The notes beneath the pieces were generated by a model that was not told the DNA's origin, did not search any database, and worked only from the letters and a program-made list of their open reading frames with translations. From contig CAYFHS010000039.1 in NCBI GenBank assembly GCA_964342815.1, positions 1 through 39,813 on the forward strand: a stretch of 39,813 nt of DNA. The letters are read 5' to 3'. This document shows positions 1 through 8,453 of the stretch, one piece after another; position 1 is the stretch's first letter, and each line of letters starts with the position of its first letter. The position numbers and the translations under genes are program-made. This DNA comes from an uncultured archaeon (GTDB lineage Archaea; Thermoplasmatota; Penumbrarchaeia; JASLWR01).

Positions 1-256
1 CTTTACCAAGAAGTCAGTCCAAATGTTCCTGACTTTACGTGTAAAGACACACCTGTTGGCTTGTCAAACTTTCAAACCGGGCCAGTATTACCCGGCTTTT
101 CAAGTAACGATGAACATCAGGTGTCCTAGGCGGTTGAACTGGATCAACTAAGGGCAAAGGAGCTGACGGGAAAGGAAGGCTGATAGTACTGGGTGGGTGA
201 AAATGAAAGAGCTTATGGTGTTATCATGATCCAAGGGAAAGTAGCCCTGCTGATAT

Positions 257-303
257 CCGGGAAAATTATCCGATAACAGTCTTCTCCCGGAATAAATATA
301 TAA
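257..303 (+). promoter_or_regulatory. Nested inverted-repeat operator candidate and TATA box upstream of fprA
   Basis: CCGGGAAAA (257-265) and TTCTCCCGG (282-290) form an inverted repeat with 1 mismatch. It encloses TTATC-C-GATAA (266-276) and abuts ATAAATATATAA (292-303). Confidence 0.55.
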
Positions 304-354
304 GGGCGGTGTAATTATGAGTCTAATTCAAGAATTGAAAAAAGTGGTGATCAA

Positions 355-1545
355 ATGACGATCCAGGTAAAGAACAATGTATTTTGGGTAGGAAAAATTG
401 ATTGGGAATTGAGAAAATTTCACGGTAATGAATACACCACTCATCGTGGTTCTACTTATAATTCCTACCTGATCCGCGAGGAAAAGATTGCCCTCGTCGA
501 TACAGTGTGGTCGCCTTTCTCGAAGGAATTCGTCCAAAAACTATCAAGGGAGATCGATTTGGACAAAATTGATTTTGTGATCGCAAATCACGCGGAATCG
601 GACCACAGCGGTGGTCTTCCGGAACTTATGAAACATATCCCAGATACCCCAATATATTGCACTGCCAACGGTGTAAGATCACTGAAGGGGCATTACCATG
701 AAGATTGGAATTTTCATGCGGTAAAAACGGGAGATAAGATAAGTCTCGGTGAAAAAGGGTTGATATTCATACAAGCCCCAATGCTGCACTGGCCAGATAG
801 CATGTTCTGTTATCTGACGGGCGATAATATACTTTTTAGCAACGATGTTTTCGGCCAGCATTACGCTTCGGAGTATATGTTCAACGATCTCGTTGACCAA
901 TCTGAATTATTCACCGAATGCGTGAAATACTATGCCAATATCCTCACGCCGTTCAGCGGCTTCGTGGAAAAGAAGATAAAGGAAGTATTGTCATTCGGTC
1001 TGCCAGTCGATATTATCTGTACGAGTCACGGTGTGATCTGGCGAGACAATCCAACCCAGATCGTGGAAAGATATCTGGAATGGGCCAACGATTACAAGGA
1101 GAACCAGATCACGATTCTGTATGATACGATGTGGAACGGGACCCGTATCATGGCCGAAAACATTGCTCAGGGCATTCAACAAAACGATGACAAAGTGAAC
1201 GTAAAGCTATTTAACGTGGCGAAGGGTGACAAGAACGATATAATCACCGAAATATTCAAATCGAAGGGTATTCTGGTTGGTTCTCCTACGATAAACAAGG
1301 GAATTCTCACGGCAATCGCTTCCATTCTGGAAGAAATCAAAGGATTAAAATTCAAGGGAAAGAAGGCATCCGCTTTTGGATGCTATGGTTGGAGCGGGGA
1401 ATCTGTTAAAGCTATTTCGGAAATTTTGGCTGCTTCGGGATTCGACGTGGTTAACGACGGCTTGAAGGCATTGTGGAATCCCGACAGTGATAGTAGAGAG
1501 GAGTGTGTCAAATTCGGCAATAATATCGGTTCGTTATTCAAATAG
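355..1545 (+). CDS. fprA: Flavodiiron protein (FprA family; metallo-beta-lactamase domain + flavodoxin domain), O2/NO reductase-like
   Basis: Diiron ligand motifs NHAESDH, HWPDSM, NDVFG and SHG. Flavodoxin loops TMWNGT and GSPT, plus [19 protein letters not shown]. 396 aa. Confidence 0.93.
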   Translation: MTIQVKNNVFWVGKIDWELRKFHGNEYTTHRGSTYNSYLIREEKIALVDTVWSPFSKEFVQKLSREIDLDKIDFVIANHAESDHSGGLPELMKHIPDTPIYCTANGVRSLKGHYHEDWNFHAVKTGDKISLGEKGLIFIQAPMLHWPDSMFCYLTGDNILFSNDVFGQHYASEYMFNDLVDQSELFTECVKYYANILTPFSGFVEKKIKEVLSFGLPVDIICTSHGVIWRDNPTQIVERYLEWANDYKENQITILYDTMWNGTRIMAENIAQGIQQNDDKVNVKLFNVAKGDKNDIITEIFKSKGILVGSPTINKGILTAIASILEEIKGLKFKGKKASAFGCYGWSGESVKAISEILAASGFDVVNDGLKALWNPDSDSREECVKFGNNIGSLFK

Positions 1546-1590
1546 TGAAGTGAAGAGGATTGATTGCATTCTACTGCGGAGAAGAAAGTA

Positions 1591-1629
1591 TTTTCCGGAA
1601 AATACCTTATATTTTACTTTCACCCGCCC
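1591..1629 (+). repeat. Boundary motif copy 1 (TTTTCCG-N16-TTACTTTCACCC), no TATA box at the expected position
   Basis: TTTTCCG starts at 1591 (within the perfect palindrome TTTTCCGGAAAA). TTACTTTCACCC starts at 1614, an offset of 23 as in the other copies. Confidence 0.7.
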
Positions 1630-1797
1630 TCCAAACACACCTTCAACAAATCCACAATTTCCAATATCGCCCCGGCGTACTTCGATAAGAGAACCCATTC
1701 ACCGGGGCGCCCTGATACCCAGAGGGAGTGGGGTAGGGATTGATAATATATTGTTGCAGATAGAAAAAGGTTGCTGTGTGGGAAGGGGGGCCGGAGA

Positions 1798-1896
1798 ATG
1801 GATGTGGTCATATGTGATCGTGATCATGTTACGGTATACAAAGTCGATATCGAGGGTCCGGAGAAGGCCGGTAGGGTCTACAAGCGTCAGAGATAG
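1798..1896 (+). CDS. Possible 32-aa small protein (MDVVICDRDHVTVYKVDIEGPEKAGRVYKRQR)
   Basis: GGAG immediately upstream of the ATG and a protein-like composition. It is below the ORF-track length cutoff and I recognise no family. Confidence 0.25.
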   Translation: MDVVICDRDHVTVYKVDIEGPEKAGRVYKRQR

Positions 1897-1963
1897 TGAT
1901 TCCGTCAAGTCTGCTCCTGCTGAATTTCTTCGCATCCCCGAGCCGATTGACTGGACATAATTA

Positions 1964-2020
1964 TTTTCCGAAAAAACTCTTTAACTTTACGTTTGCAGAC
2001 CTCTATTAACTCTTATATAT
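1964..2020 (+). promoter_or_regulatory. Boundary motif copy 2 with TATA box
   Basis: TTTTCCG at 1964, TTAC at 1987 (+23), TTATATAT at 2013, and ATG at 2042 (29 nt after the TATA start). Confidence 0.65.
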
Positions 2021-2041
2021 ATCTATCCCCTATGTTCATCC

Positions 2042-2146
2042 ATGGGCCGTTCTGCACCTATTTGTGTGATGGAATTTGGGAAATATGGGAGAATAATTTC
2101 TGGAAGAATCGCTTCTCAAGAAAGTTTTATATCTTTGATTAACTAA
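2042..2146 (+). pseudogene. 5' remnant of the small 'MGRS(V)P' helical-protein gene
   Basis: MGRSAPICVMEFGK versus MDRSVPTYRWEMEK and MGRSVPT*RWEMEK in the copies at 8454 and 4544. Promoter geometry is the same. The frame diverges and stops after 34 codons. Confidence 0.5.
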
Positions 2147-2156
2147 TATATTCATA

Positions 2157-2354
2157 ATGGGAAAGAGTGAAGTTGTCAGGATACTTCAAAATCACCCGCG
2201 GCAGTGGTTTACGGCAATAAAGATAAGCCGTGTAATCTATACTTCAAAAGTATCTGTTAGTAGATCATTGGGGAAGCTTAAACTGCAGGGAGTGGTGGAA
2301 GAACGGCGTAATCCTGAAGATACGTTCAAAGTTCAGTACAGGATTAAGCCATGA
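2157..2354 (+). CDS. Small winged helix-turn-helix protein, paralog 1
   Basis: MGKSEV..HPRQWFT..IS....SKVSVSRSL.KL, followed by a beta wing ending in YRI. TATA-like TTTTATAT at 2125-2132 suggests a leaderless transcript. Confidence 0.85.
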   Translation: MGKSEVVRILQNHPRQWFTAIKISRVIYTSKVSVSRSLGKLKLQGVVEERRNPEDTFKVQYRIKP

Positions 2355-2507
2355 TCGGTGTAGATGTAATCGGTCGCATCTGTGCGGTGACATATTTATT
2401 AGACTTCTCCAGGTTCATTTGATCCCTCCAAGAGATCGTCTGAATATTTTTGAAAAGAATATGATTTAGTGAAATATATATAATTGTGTTATATGATTGC
2501 TCTTGAG

Positions 2508-2705
2508 ATGGGGCAGGCTGAAGTTATTGAGTATTTCGAGAAACATCCCGATAAATGGCATACTTCTCTTGAAATTCGCCGGCAGATCGGGGGAACACAG
2601 AGTTCCGTGACAGCAGCGCTTAAGAAGTTACGGATGCTCGATCTCGTAGAATATCGAGAGATCCGAAATCCCCAAAAAATGTATCTCTACAAGTCCAAGA
2701 AGTGA
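2508..2705 (+). CDS. Small winged HTH protein, paralog 2
   Basis: MGQAEV..HPDKWHTS.EI...SVTAALKKL. Start placed at ATG 2508 by alignment with the paralogs. TATA box at ~2474-2482. Confidence 0.85.
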   Translation: MGQAEVIEYFEKHPDKWHTSLEIRRQIGGTQSSVTAALKKLRMLDLVEYREIRNPQKMYLYKSKK

Positions 2706-2711
2706 ATTTCT

Positions 2712-2936
2712 ATGGGACAATCGGACATTTTCGAATTCCTTGAGAAACATCCCGATAAGTGGTTTACTACAAGAGAGATTTCTAATGCGCTGGGGGTGTC
2801 TCAAGGTTCTGCAAGTGTTGCTCTTAGGGCCTTGCGTAAAAAGGAAGAGATTCGTTTTATGAAGAAAGACGATAGCGGAAAGCTGATTGTTTACAGTTTT
2901 AAGGAAGAAGCTAGTAGGCGAGGTGAAACGATATGA
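2712..2936 (+). CDS. Small winged HTH protein, paralog 3
   Basis: MGQSDI..HPDKWFTT.EIS..LGVSQGSASVAL..L. Its stop overlaps the next start (ATGA, 2933-2936). Confidence 0.87.
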   Translation: MGQSDIFEFLEKHPDKWFTTREISNALGVSQGSASVALRALRKKEEIRFMKKDDSGKLIVYSFKEEASRRGETI

Positions 2937-3286
2937 AGATATTACTTATTGTAAACGATGCTCCTTACGGGAACGAGAAATTATACAACGCACTACGGCT
3001 GGCTATGACCCTTCAAAGAGAACATGCAGCAGTTGAACTTAGGATGTTCTTGATGGCCGATTCCCTGGGTTCTGCTTTGACCGGTCAATCGACACCTAAT
3101 GGGTATTATAATATCGAAAGAATGATGAAAGCGGTAATTAAGGATGGCGGGCAGATTAAAGCATGTGGGTCCTGTGCAAGGGCTAGAGGGATCAAGCAGC
3201 TCGATATCATAGACGGCATTGAGATCAGCAATATGAAACAATTAACTCAATGGGTGGTTGACTCGGATAAGGTAATAAATTTCTGA
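2933..3286 (+). CDS. DsrE/DsrF-like (YchN-type) protein
   Basis: N-terminal ND-APYG-E...ALRLA, FLMAD, and a CGSCARARG Cys motif. GAGGTGA RBS. 117 aa. Confidence 0.88.
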   Translation: MKILLIVNDAPYGNEKLYNALRLAMTLQREHAAVELRMFLMADSLGSALTGQSTPNGYYNIERMMKAVIKDGGQIKACGSCARARGIKQLDIIDGIEISNMKQLTQWVVDSDKVINF

Positions 3287-3309
3287 AATAGTATGTTTTG
3301 GTGGTTCCC

Positions 3310-3507
3310 TTGGGCCAGGCCGAAGTTGTCGAATTCCTCAGAAATCATGCTGATTCATGGTTCACTTCAAAAGAGATATGGGAGAATATCAATATATCTC
3401 GAGCTGCCGTTGTGGAATCGTTGAGGAGGCTGAAACTGCAGGATGTGGTGGAAAAACGGCGGAACCCCGATGAAAGATACGGATTTCAGTACCGTCTACT
3501 GACTTGA
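3310..3507 (+). CDS. Small winged HTH protein, paralog 4 (TTG start)
   Basis: (M)GQAEVVEFL.NH..SWFTSKEI...ISRAAVVESL..LKLQDVVE. TTG at 3310 aligns with Met1 of the paralogs and is preceded by GTGGT. Confidence 0.83.
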   Translation: MGQAEVVEFLRNHADSWFTSKEIWENINISRAAVVESLRRLKLQDVVEKRRNPDERYGFQYRLLT

Positions 3508-3508
3508 T

Positions 3509-4381
3509 TTGTTCTCATATCATGAAATATTTGGAGGGATTTCCACGAGTGAAGAAACAAATAAGGCTCATATTAATCTTGATGCAATACAATATCATTT
3601 AGACGTTTCATTGGGTAAAGTTCTTCAATTAACATCTGTCGGTTTAAATGCTTCTCAAAATATCCTTGAAATATCACCTCCCTTCCCAGGTGTCACTTTT
3701 TCCATTGAGCCTCCGATCATTCTCTGGAAAGATTTACCTTCGATAAAAAAGGCTTTCAACAGATGGTTATTGATTAACGGTCTTAATGAGTTAATTGAAG
3801 CGGTAGGTTGGTCCTTGGAAGAAGTACGAAAAATTTGTGCCTTTATTTCCTTAAGTGAAGGAGGCATTATTTCAAAAGATATTGATGTAAATAATGAAAT
3901 ATTCGGCCCACTTAAAAAATTTCACAAATTTGGTCTACCCAATAAACTTGATTATCTTTCAGACAAATATGGAGTTAATATAATCCCAGAAAGTTCGGAA
4001 TGTCTTCGATCAATAAAAAAAGCCAGAAATTGTGTTGTCCATCGTAATGGAATTGTCTCCGATTTAGATACTAATTCTGGTGATGTTTTAATTGTCAAAT
4101 GGAAAACTCTAACAATATTTCGTACACAACCAGATGGTAAAGAAGTGGTTTTGGGTAATGAACCTCGTACTCTAAAAAACGGTACTGTTTCTGTTAGACC
4201 TGTTGAAAGTAAAAAGATATTCAAAAAAGGAGAGGAAATTACCTTTACAAACCAAGAATTTGTACATATATACCATACTTTGAGATTATGTATGATGGAC
4301 ATAATTAGTGAAGTTAAAAAGTATGCAAACTCAAAAGGCGTCCCTGAAAGAAATTCAAGAAAACAACAATCCAATGATTAA
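3509..4381 (+). CDS. Hypothetical protein with an RxxxxH (HEPN-like) motif; start uncertain
   Basis: KARNCVVHRNG (R at 4025, H at 4040) in a helical context. Visibly AT-rich. Begins 1 nt after the stop of HTH paralog 4. Confidence 0.7.
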   Translation: MFSYHEIFGGISTSEETNKAHINLDAIQYHLDVSLGKVLQLTSVGLNASQNILEISPPFPGVTFSIEPPIILWKDLPSIKKAFNRWLLINGLNELIEAVGWSLEEVRKICAFISLSEGGIISKDIDVNNEIFGPLKKFHKFGLPNKLDYLSDKYGVNIIPESSECLRSIKKARNCVVHRNGIVSDLDTNSGDVLIVKWKTLTIFRTQPDGKEVVLGNEPRTLKNGTVSVRPVESKKIFKKGEEITFTNQEFVHIYHTLRLCMMDIISEVKKYANSKGVPERNSRKQQSND

Positions 4382-4464
4382 GGTCATGTGCGCAGTATCC
4401 TGCAGACTGCAGGCCGATGGGCAGACCTCCACAAATCCCCGGGTGGATAGCCAAGAACCAATTA

Positions 4465-4522
4465 TTTTCCGAAAAAAATTCTCTATTTTACTTTTACCCA
4501 TCTCTAGATCACCCTTATATAT
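4465..4522 (+). promoter_or_regulatory. Boundary motif copy 3 with TATA box
   Basis: TTTTCCG at 4465, TTACTTTTACCC at 4488 (+23), TTATATAT at 4515, and ATG at 4544 (+29). Confidence 0.75.
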
Positions 4523-4543
4523 CCTAATTCCCTAATTTCTTCC

Positions 4544-4895
4544 ATGGGCAGATCCGTACCGACCTAAAGGTGGGAGATGGAGAAGGTTATCGGACGATGG
4601 GGGGTTTACCGCCGTGGATTGAATTCCGACAACCAGCGCTTGTTCGACAGGATGATAACAGGGCGCGGGTGGATGTGAGTGATGGATATTGCCAACGCTG
4701 TGAAATTCGAAGTTCACAGTTTGACAATGTTAGCGGTATCGTGTGCAAGCGCCAGATATCGCTGAATCCTTTCAATGCTACCATGATCCTGCGATGACGA
4801 TATTTCTATGCATCATGCTCGACCAGCTTGGGGAGCTTCGAGAGATGAAGAAGGAAGCGTGCAGAAGGATTTTCAAAGAGAATATGATTAAATGA
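4544..4895 (+). pseudogene. Pseudogene of the small helical 'MGRSVPTYR...FDR..N.AR.HADAA..Y...DP...FL.IML.Q' protein
   Basis: TAA replaces TAC at codon 8. There is a 1-nt deletion near 4657 relative to copy B and a hairpin insertion. The C-terminal frame is still open (DPAMTIFLCIMLDQLGELREMKKE). Confidence 0.8.
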
Positions 4896-4967
4896 AAAGT
4901 TTTCGAATCTTGTCCTAAAAACATTATATATTTTACATTTAGTATTATAAATCGAGGTGTCTATAAA

Positions 4968-7900
4968 ATGATAAATCTTAACGATAGAAAAACCGGCCTG
5001 TTATGCTATTTTGCGATATTTTCGTTTGTGATATTCCCTATCATATCAATAGGGATAGGAACTACCGAGGCACAAGGATTTGTTTCTGGTCCTCCGGATA
5101 ATAAAGTTGTTGTATACTACAGTTTTGATAACATTAACGATGTCGAAAATGATGACTCTGGAAAAGGTCTGGACATAGACCAGATCTCGGGAGCCATACA
5201 AACAGGTAATGGTCTACATGGAAGAAACCTATATTTTGACGGAGATGCCGATTTTACCAAAACAAATGCTGATCCTGATCTAAACATTGTTGAGGATATT
5301 ACTATTAGCGTATGGGTTTACTATATAAAACCTCCCTCTAGCGAAAAAAGAGCAACTATTGTTATGAAACAGGGTAATTTCCGGCTTCATATCAATAGTG
5401 AAGGTAATGATCAAGTGCGTTTTGAAAGTGGAAATGCAAACTGGGATTTTGTTCAAAGCTCTTCATCAATCCCTGAATATGAATGGACCCATATTGTTGC
5501 AACAAGGGATGGAGATGGATCTGTTGCAAATAGTATAAAGATTTTCATTAATGGGATAAGGGATGTCCAGGGCAGTATCAATCCAGATTCTACACCTAGT
5601 GGGGGCTTAACAAATGATATGTATATAGGTAGTTGGAAAGGCACAAAACATTATTTTCAGGGATATATAGATGAGGTACGTATCTCCGATGTTGTTCGAA
5701 AGGGAGGCGGAACTGTTGCATTCTGGAATTTCAATGAAGGATCGGGATCGTCTGTAAGAAATCGATCTCCCCAAAATATCCCCCGTGGGACGATTAGTGG
5801 TGCTTCATGGGGTACAGGGAAATATGGAAAAGCTCTTACTTTCGATGGCTCCAATGATTACGTCATAGTCGCACCGGAGGATAGTATGCATTTGACAGGG
5901 GATTTGACCATTGAAGCATGGGTCCGATATGATGCGGGAAGCGGTGGTGGGACCCGTGGTACCATCGTAGCTCAACCGGGTCATTTTCGATTTCATTATG
6001 ATAAATCTACGGGGAAAGTCCGTTTTGAAGGTGGCAATTCTCCGTGGTGGCCGATTGTTGAAAGCTCGATTGCATTACCAGATGATGTTTGGACCCATGT
6101 CGCCGTGACCCGAAGCGGAGATGGAGAAGGTAGTAACAGCGTAAAAATATATATTAACGGTATGTTGAATGTTCAAGGTGACACATATGAACCAACAGGT
6201 ACTTCGCCTAGTTATACTTATATTGGTAGTTGGAGTGGGACCAATCATTTTTTTAAAGGTCGAATTGACGAACTGAGGATATCAAATTATGTGAAAACCT
6301 TCGGTGCAACCAATGGGTATGGAGGAGACGTTTTACTGTTGCCTTTCGAAGGTGGATCATATAACGAAAGAAAGCAGGACCATTCGCCCCATAATAATCA
6401 TATTTCCTCAATATGTGGAAATCCAGATTATGGTAGTGGTTATGGTAAATATGGTGGTTGTCACGCATTTGATGGTATCGATGATTACCTGTACACTTCT
6501 CCCAACCTTGATCCCTCGATGAATCCTACAGCCATGCTATCAGTTGAAGCGTGGATACATCCATATAAATTGGAATTAGCCTGTATCGTCGATAATTCTA
6601 ATAGGGCGGCAGTTTATGGGGATCGAGGAGGTTTTATATTACGATTAAGGGAAGACGGCAAGATACAATTCTATTTCTACATTGACCATGATACTACAAA
6701 ATCGGTAACCAGTAATGTGGCTGTAACAACAAACAGGTGGTTTCACATCGCCGGAGTCTATGATGGTTACAATCTCAGGGTATACATAAATGGCGTCTGT
6801 GAGGGTATTACACCATATCAGGGGACAATTTTTTATGGGAAGGACTGGGGTTTATTTATTGGATGTGGTTACAAGGCAGATAAACAATGGTTTGAAGGGC
6901 TGATCGACGAAGTAAGGATTTCGAATTATCCGCGATCCTACCATGAGGATACTGATGGAGATGGTATGTCCGATATGTATGAAATTATGAGGAGTATAGA
7001 ATCAAATCAATACAATCCGATGGAACATAACGGTAGGTATGGATTACTAGTTGCACCAGTTCGAGAAAATGAGGATATTCAGTTTAAATATGATATCACC
7101 CAGATGCGTCATTATTTAAAAAGTATAGGTTGGAATGATGATGACATGATATTCCTAACTTGTGATACGGATCGAACTGGTTTAACTCTTGGAGACGAAT
7201 ATAACGGAGATTGGATTGATGGAGAAGCTTATCATGATAATTTAGATGGATCTGCACAGCACGATACTGCCTTTGACGCTTTTAAAAATGGTGGAGCATA
7301 TAAACTCCAGGATTCCAACGGCAACTGGAATTCTTTTTTCTTTTCTAAAATAACGAATAAAGATATTTTTTTGTTATATCTGAGAAATCACGGAGGTTTA
7401 AAAAATAATAATTATATTTTTGGTACTTATTCCCATAATAACTATGGAGCTAATGAAAACGATTATTGGACTGCAACGGATCTTGATACCCGATTAGATA
7501 ACGACGTTGATTGTAAGTACATGGCATGTGTCCTCGACTTTTGTGATTCCGGTATGTATAGGTATAGTCTTACTGGTGATAGACGTCTAATTGTTACTTC
7601 CACGTCTTATACTATCAGCGGCAGTTATAAATACCTATTTTACGGCAGAATTCGCGGCGATGTTAATGTACATTACGCTGTATTTGATGACGATGCATCT
7701 ATGACCGACCAAATCATATGTGAGGAAAAGCATTGGACCGATCTTGATGGAGATGGGCGAATTGACGTGTATTATAATTATAATTATCAAGAATACCAAG
7801 ATGATGGTGATCGAATATTTGAACCCGATACGGACGATACTCTAATCGGAAATCAAATAGGACAAAGTTTAAGGGAAAATAAATACGATCACTATCCACC

Positions 7901-8108
7901 ATTCGATGGAAATGAAGAAATTAATAATGCTGATGGAATCTCTGGAGTAAATGGTAATCGAGATAGAGAAGATAGCATTTATTATCGAGATAAATTCATA
8001 TCAATTCAAGAAGCACATTATATGGGTAATGTCGTGTGCTACGACAGGGGTGGGGGGGAACCACAGATTTCAAAGGGGATTCAAATACCATCGCAACTCT
8101 ATCTGTAA
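4968..8108 (+). CDS. Secreted protein: signal peptide + 3 LamG-like jellyroll domains + DTDGDG Ca-binding motif + C-terminal caspase/legumain-fold (clan CD, C13-like) peptidase
   Basis: Three repeats of W.H...T/Y.G....IYING...G.IDE(V/L)RIS. DTDGDGMSDMYE motif. Catalytic-type LRNHGG (H808) and VLDFCDSG (C859). GAGGTG RBS. No C-terminal TM helix. Confidence 0.82.
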   Translation: MINLNDRKTGLLCYFAIFSFVIFPIISIGIGTTEAQGFVSGPPDNKVVVYYSFDNINDVENDDSGKGLDIDQISGAIQTGNGLHGRNLYFDGDADFTKTNADPDLNIVEDITISVWVYYIKPPSSEKRATIVMKQGNFRLHINSEGNDQVRFESGNANWDFVQSSSSIPEYEWTHIVATRDGDGSVANSIKIFINGIRDVQGSINPDSTPSGGLTNDMYIGSWKGTKHYFQGYIDEVRISDVVRKGGGTVAFWNFNEGSGSSVRNRSPQNIPRGTISGASWGTGKYGKALTFDGSNDYVIVAPEDSMHLTGDLTIEAWVRYDAGSGGGTRGTIVAQPGHFRFHYDKSTGKVRFEGGNSPWWPIVESSIALPDDVWTHVAVTRSGDGEGSNSVKIYINGMLNVQGDTYEPTGTSPSYTYIGSWSGTNHFFKGRIDELRISNYVKTFGATNGYGGDVLLLPFEGGSYNERKQDHSPHNNHISSICGNPDYGSGYGKYGGCHAFDGIDDYLYTSPNLDPSMNPTAMLSVEAWIHPYKLELACIVDNSNRAAVYGDRGGFILRLREDGKIQFYFYIDHDTTKSVTSNVAVTTNRWFHIAGVYDGYNLRVYINGVCEGITPYQGTIFYGKDWGLFIGCGYKADKQWFEGLIDEVRISNYPRSYHEDTDGDGMSDMYEIMRSIESNQYNPMEHNGRYGLLVAPVRENEDIQFKYDITQMRHYLKSIGWNDDDMIFLTCDTDRTGLTLGDEYNGDWIDGEAYHDNLDGSAQHDTAFDAFKNGGAYKLQDSNGNWNSFFFSKITNKDIFLLYLRNHGGLKNNNYIFGTYSHNNYGANENDYWTATDLDTRLDNDVDCKYMACVLDFCDSGMYRYSLTGDRRLIVTSTSYTISGSYKYLFYGRIRGDVNVHYAVFDDDASMTDQIICEEKHWTDLDGDGRIDVYYNYNYQEYQDDGDRIFEPDTDDTLIGNQIGQSLRENKYDHYPPFDGNEEINNADGISGVNGNRDREDSIYYRDKFISIQEAHYMGNVVCYDRGGGEPQISKGIQIPSQLYL

Positions 8109-8374
8109 TAGAAAAATAATCCCTTAGATACATAAACGGATTATATCCTGTTTATAGTCCCTCGCCTCACTATAGCAGATCGACTCATATAAAAGGCCCA
8201 AAGAATCTTGAGCTTCGAGTCTTTTTTTTTCTTTTTTTTACATAAGCTTCCGTTCGTCTTTTCAACGGTGAGAATTCAGGCGAAGCCATTTCCGGAACCC
8301 GTTTGATCAGTACTGTTGTCTTTCCTGGAAATTTCTCGGGAAGATATGATGCCCAAAGGGCGCTCCTTTTGTTA

Positions 8375-8432
8375 TTTTCCGATATATTTATCAACCCTTA
8401 CTTTCACCCACCCTTTCAATGCCGTTATATAT
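8375..8432 (+). promoter_or_regulatory. Boundary motif copy 4 with TATA box
   Basis: TTTTCCG at 8375, TTACTTTCACCC at 8398 (+23), TTATATAT at 8425, and ATG at 8454 (+29). Confidence 0.75.
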
Positions 8433-8453
8433 TTTCATCTACTATTTTCTTTT

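Larger units (their letters stand above)
4462..4996 (+). repeat. Segmental duplication copy A (motif + dead small gene + promoter and start of the LamG gene)
   Basis: Colinear and highly similar to 8372-8917. Similarity starts abruptly at TTATTTTCCGA and continues into the LamG coding sequence. Confidence 0.92.

Noticed and set aside
317-358. 13-codon uORF ([13 protein letters not shown]) overlapping the fprA start (ATGA)
   Set aside because: Its 3' end is simply the GTGGTGA RBS of fprA. It is too short to support without ribosome data.
1487-1960. 157-aa ORF overlapping the end of fprA
   Set aside because: It runs through the repeat motif and palindromic non-coding sequence, has no RBS, and has no protein-like features.
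4532-4797. ORFs 4570-4797(+), 4587-4784(-) and 4532-4717(-), and likewise 8303-8593 and 8442-8705
   Set aside because: These are alternative or antisense frames of the pseudogene copies. The family-like frame is the one starting MGRSVP/MDRSVP.
8109-8370. Immunity gene after LamG peptidase 1 (and after peptidase 2)
   Set aside because: There is no credible same-strand ORF, only T-rich terminator-like tracts (8222-8239).
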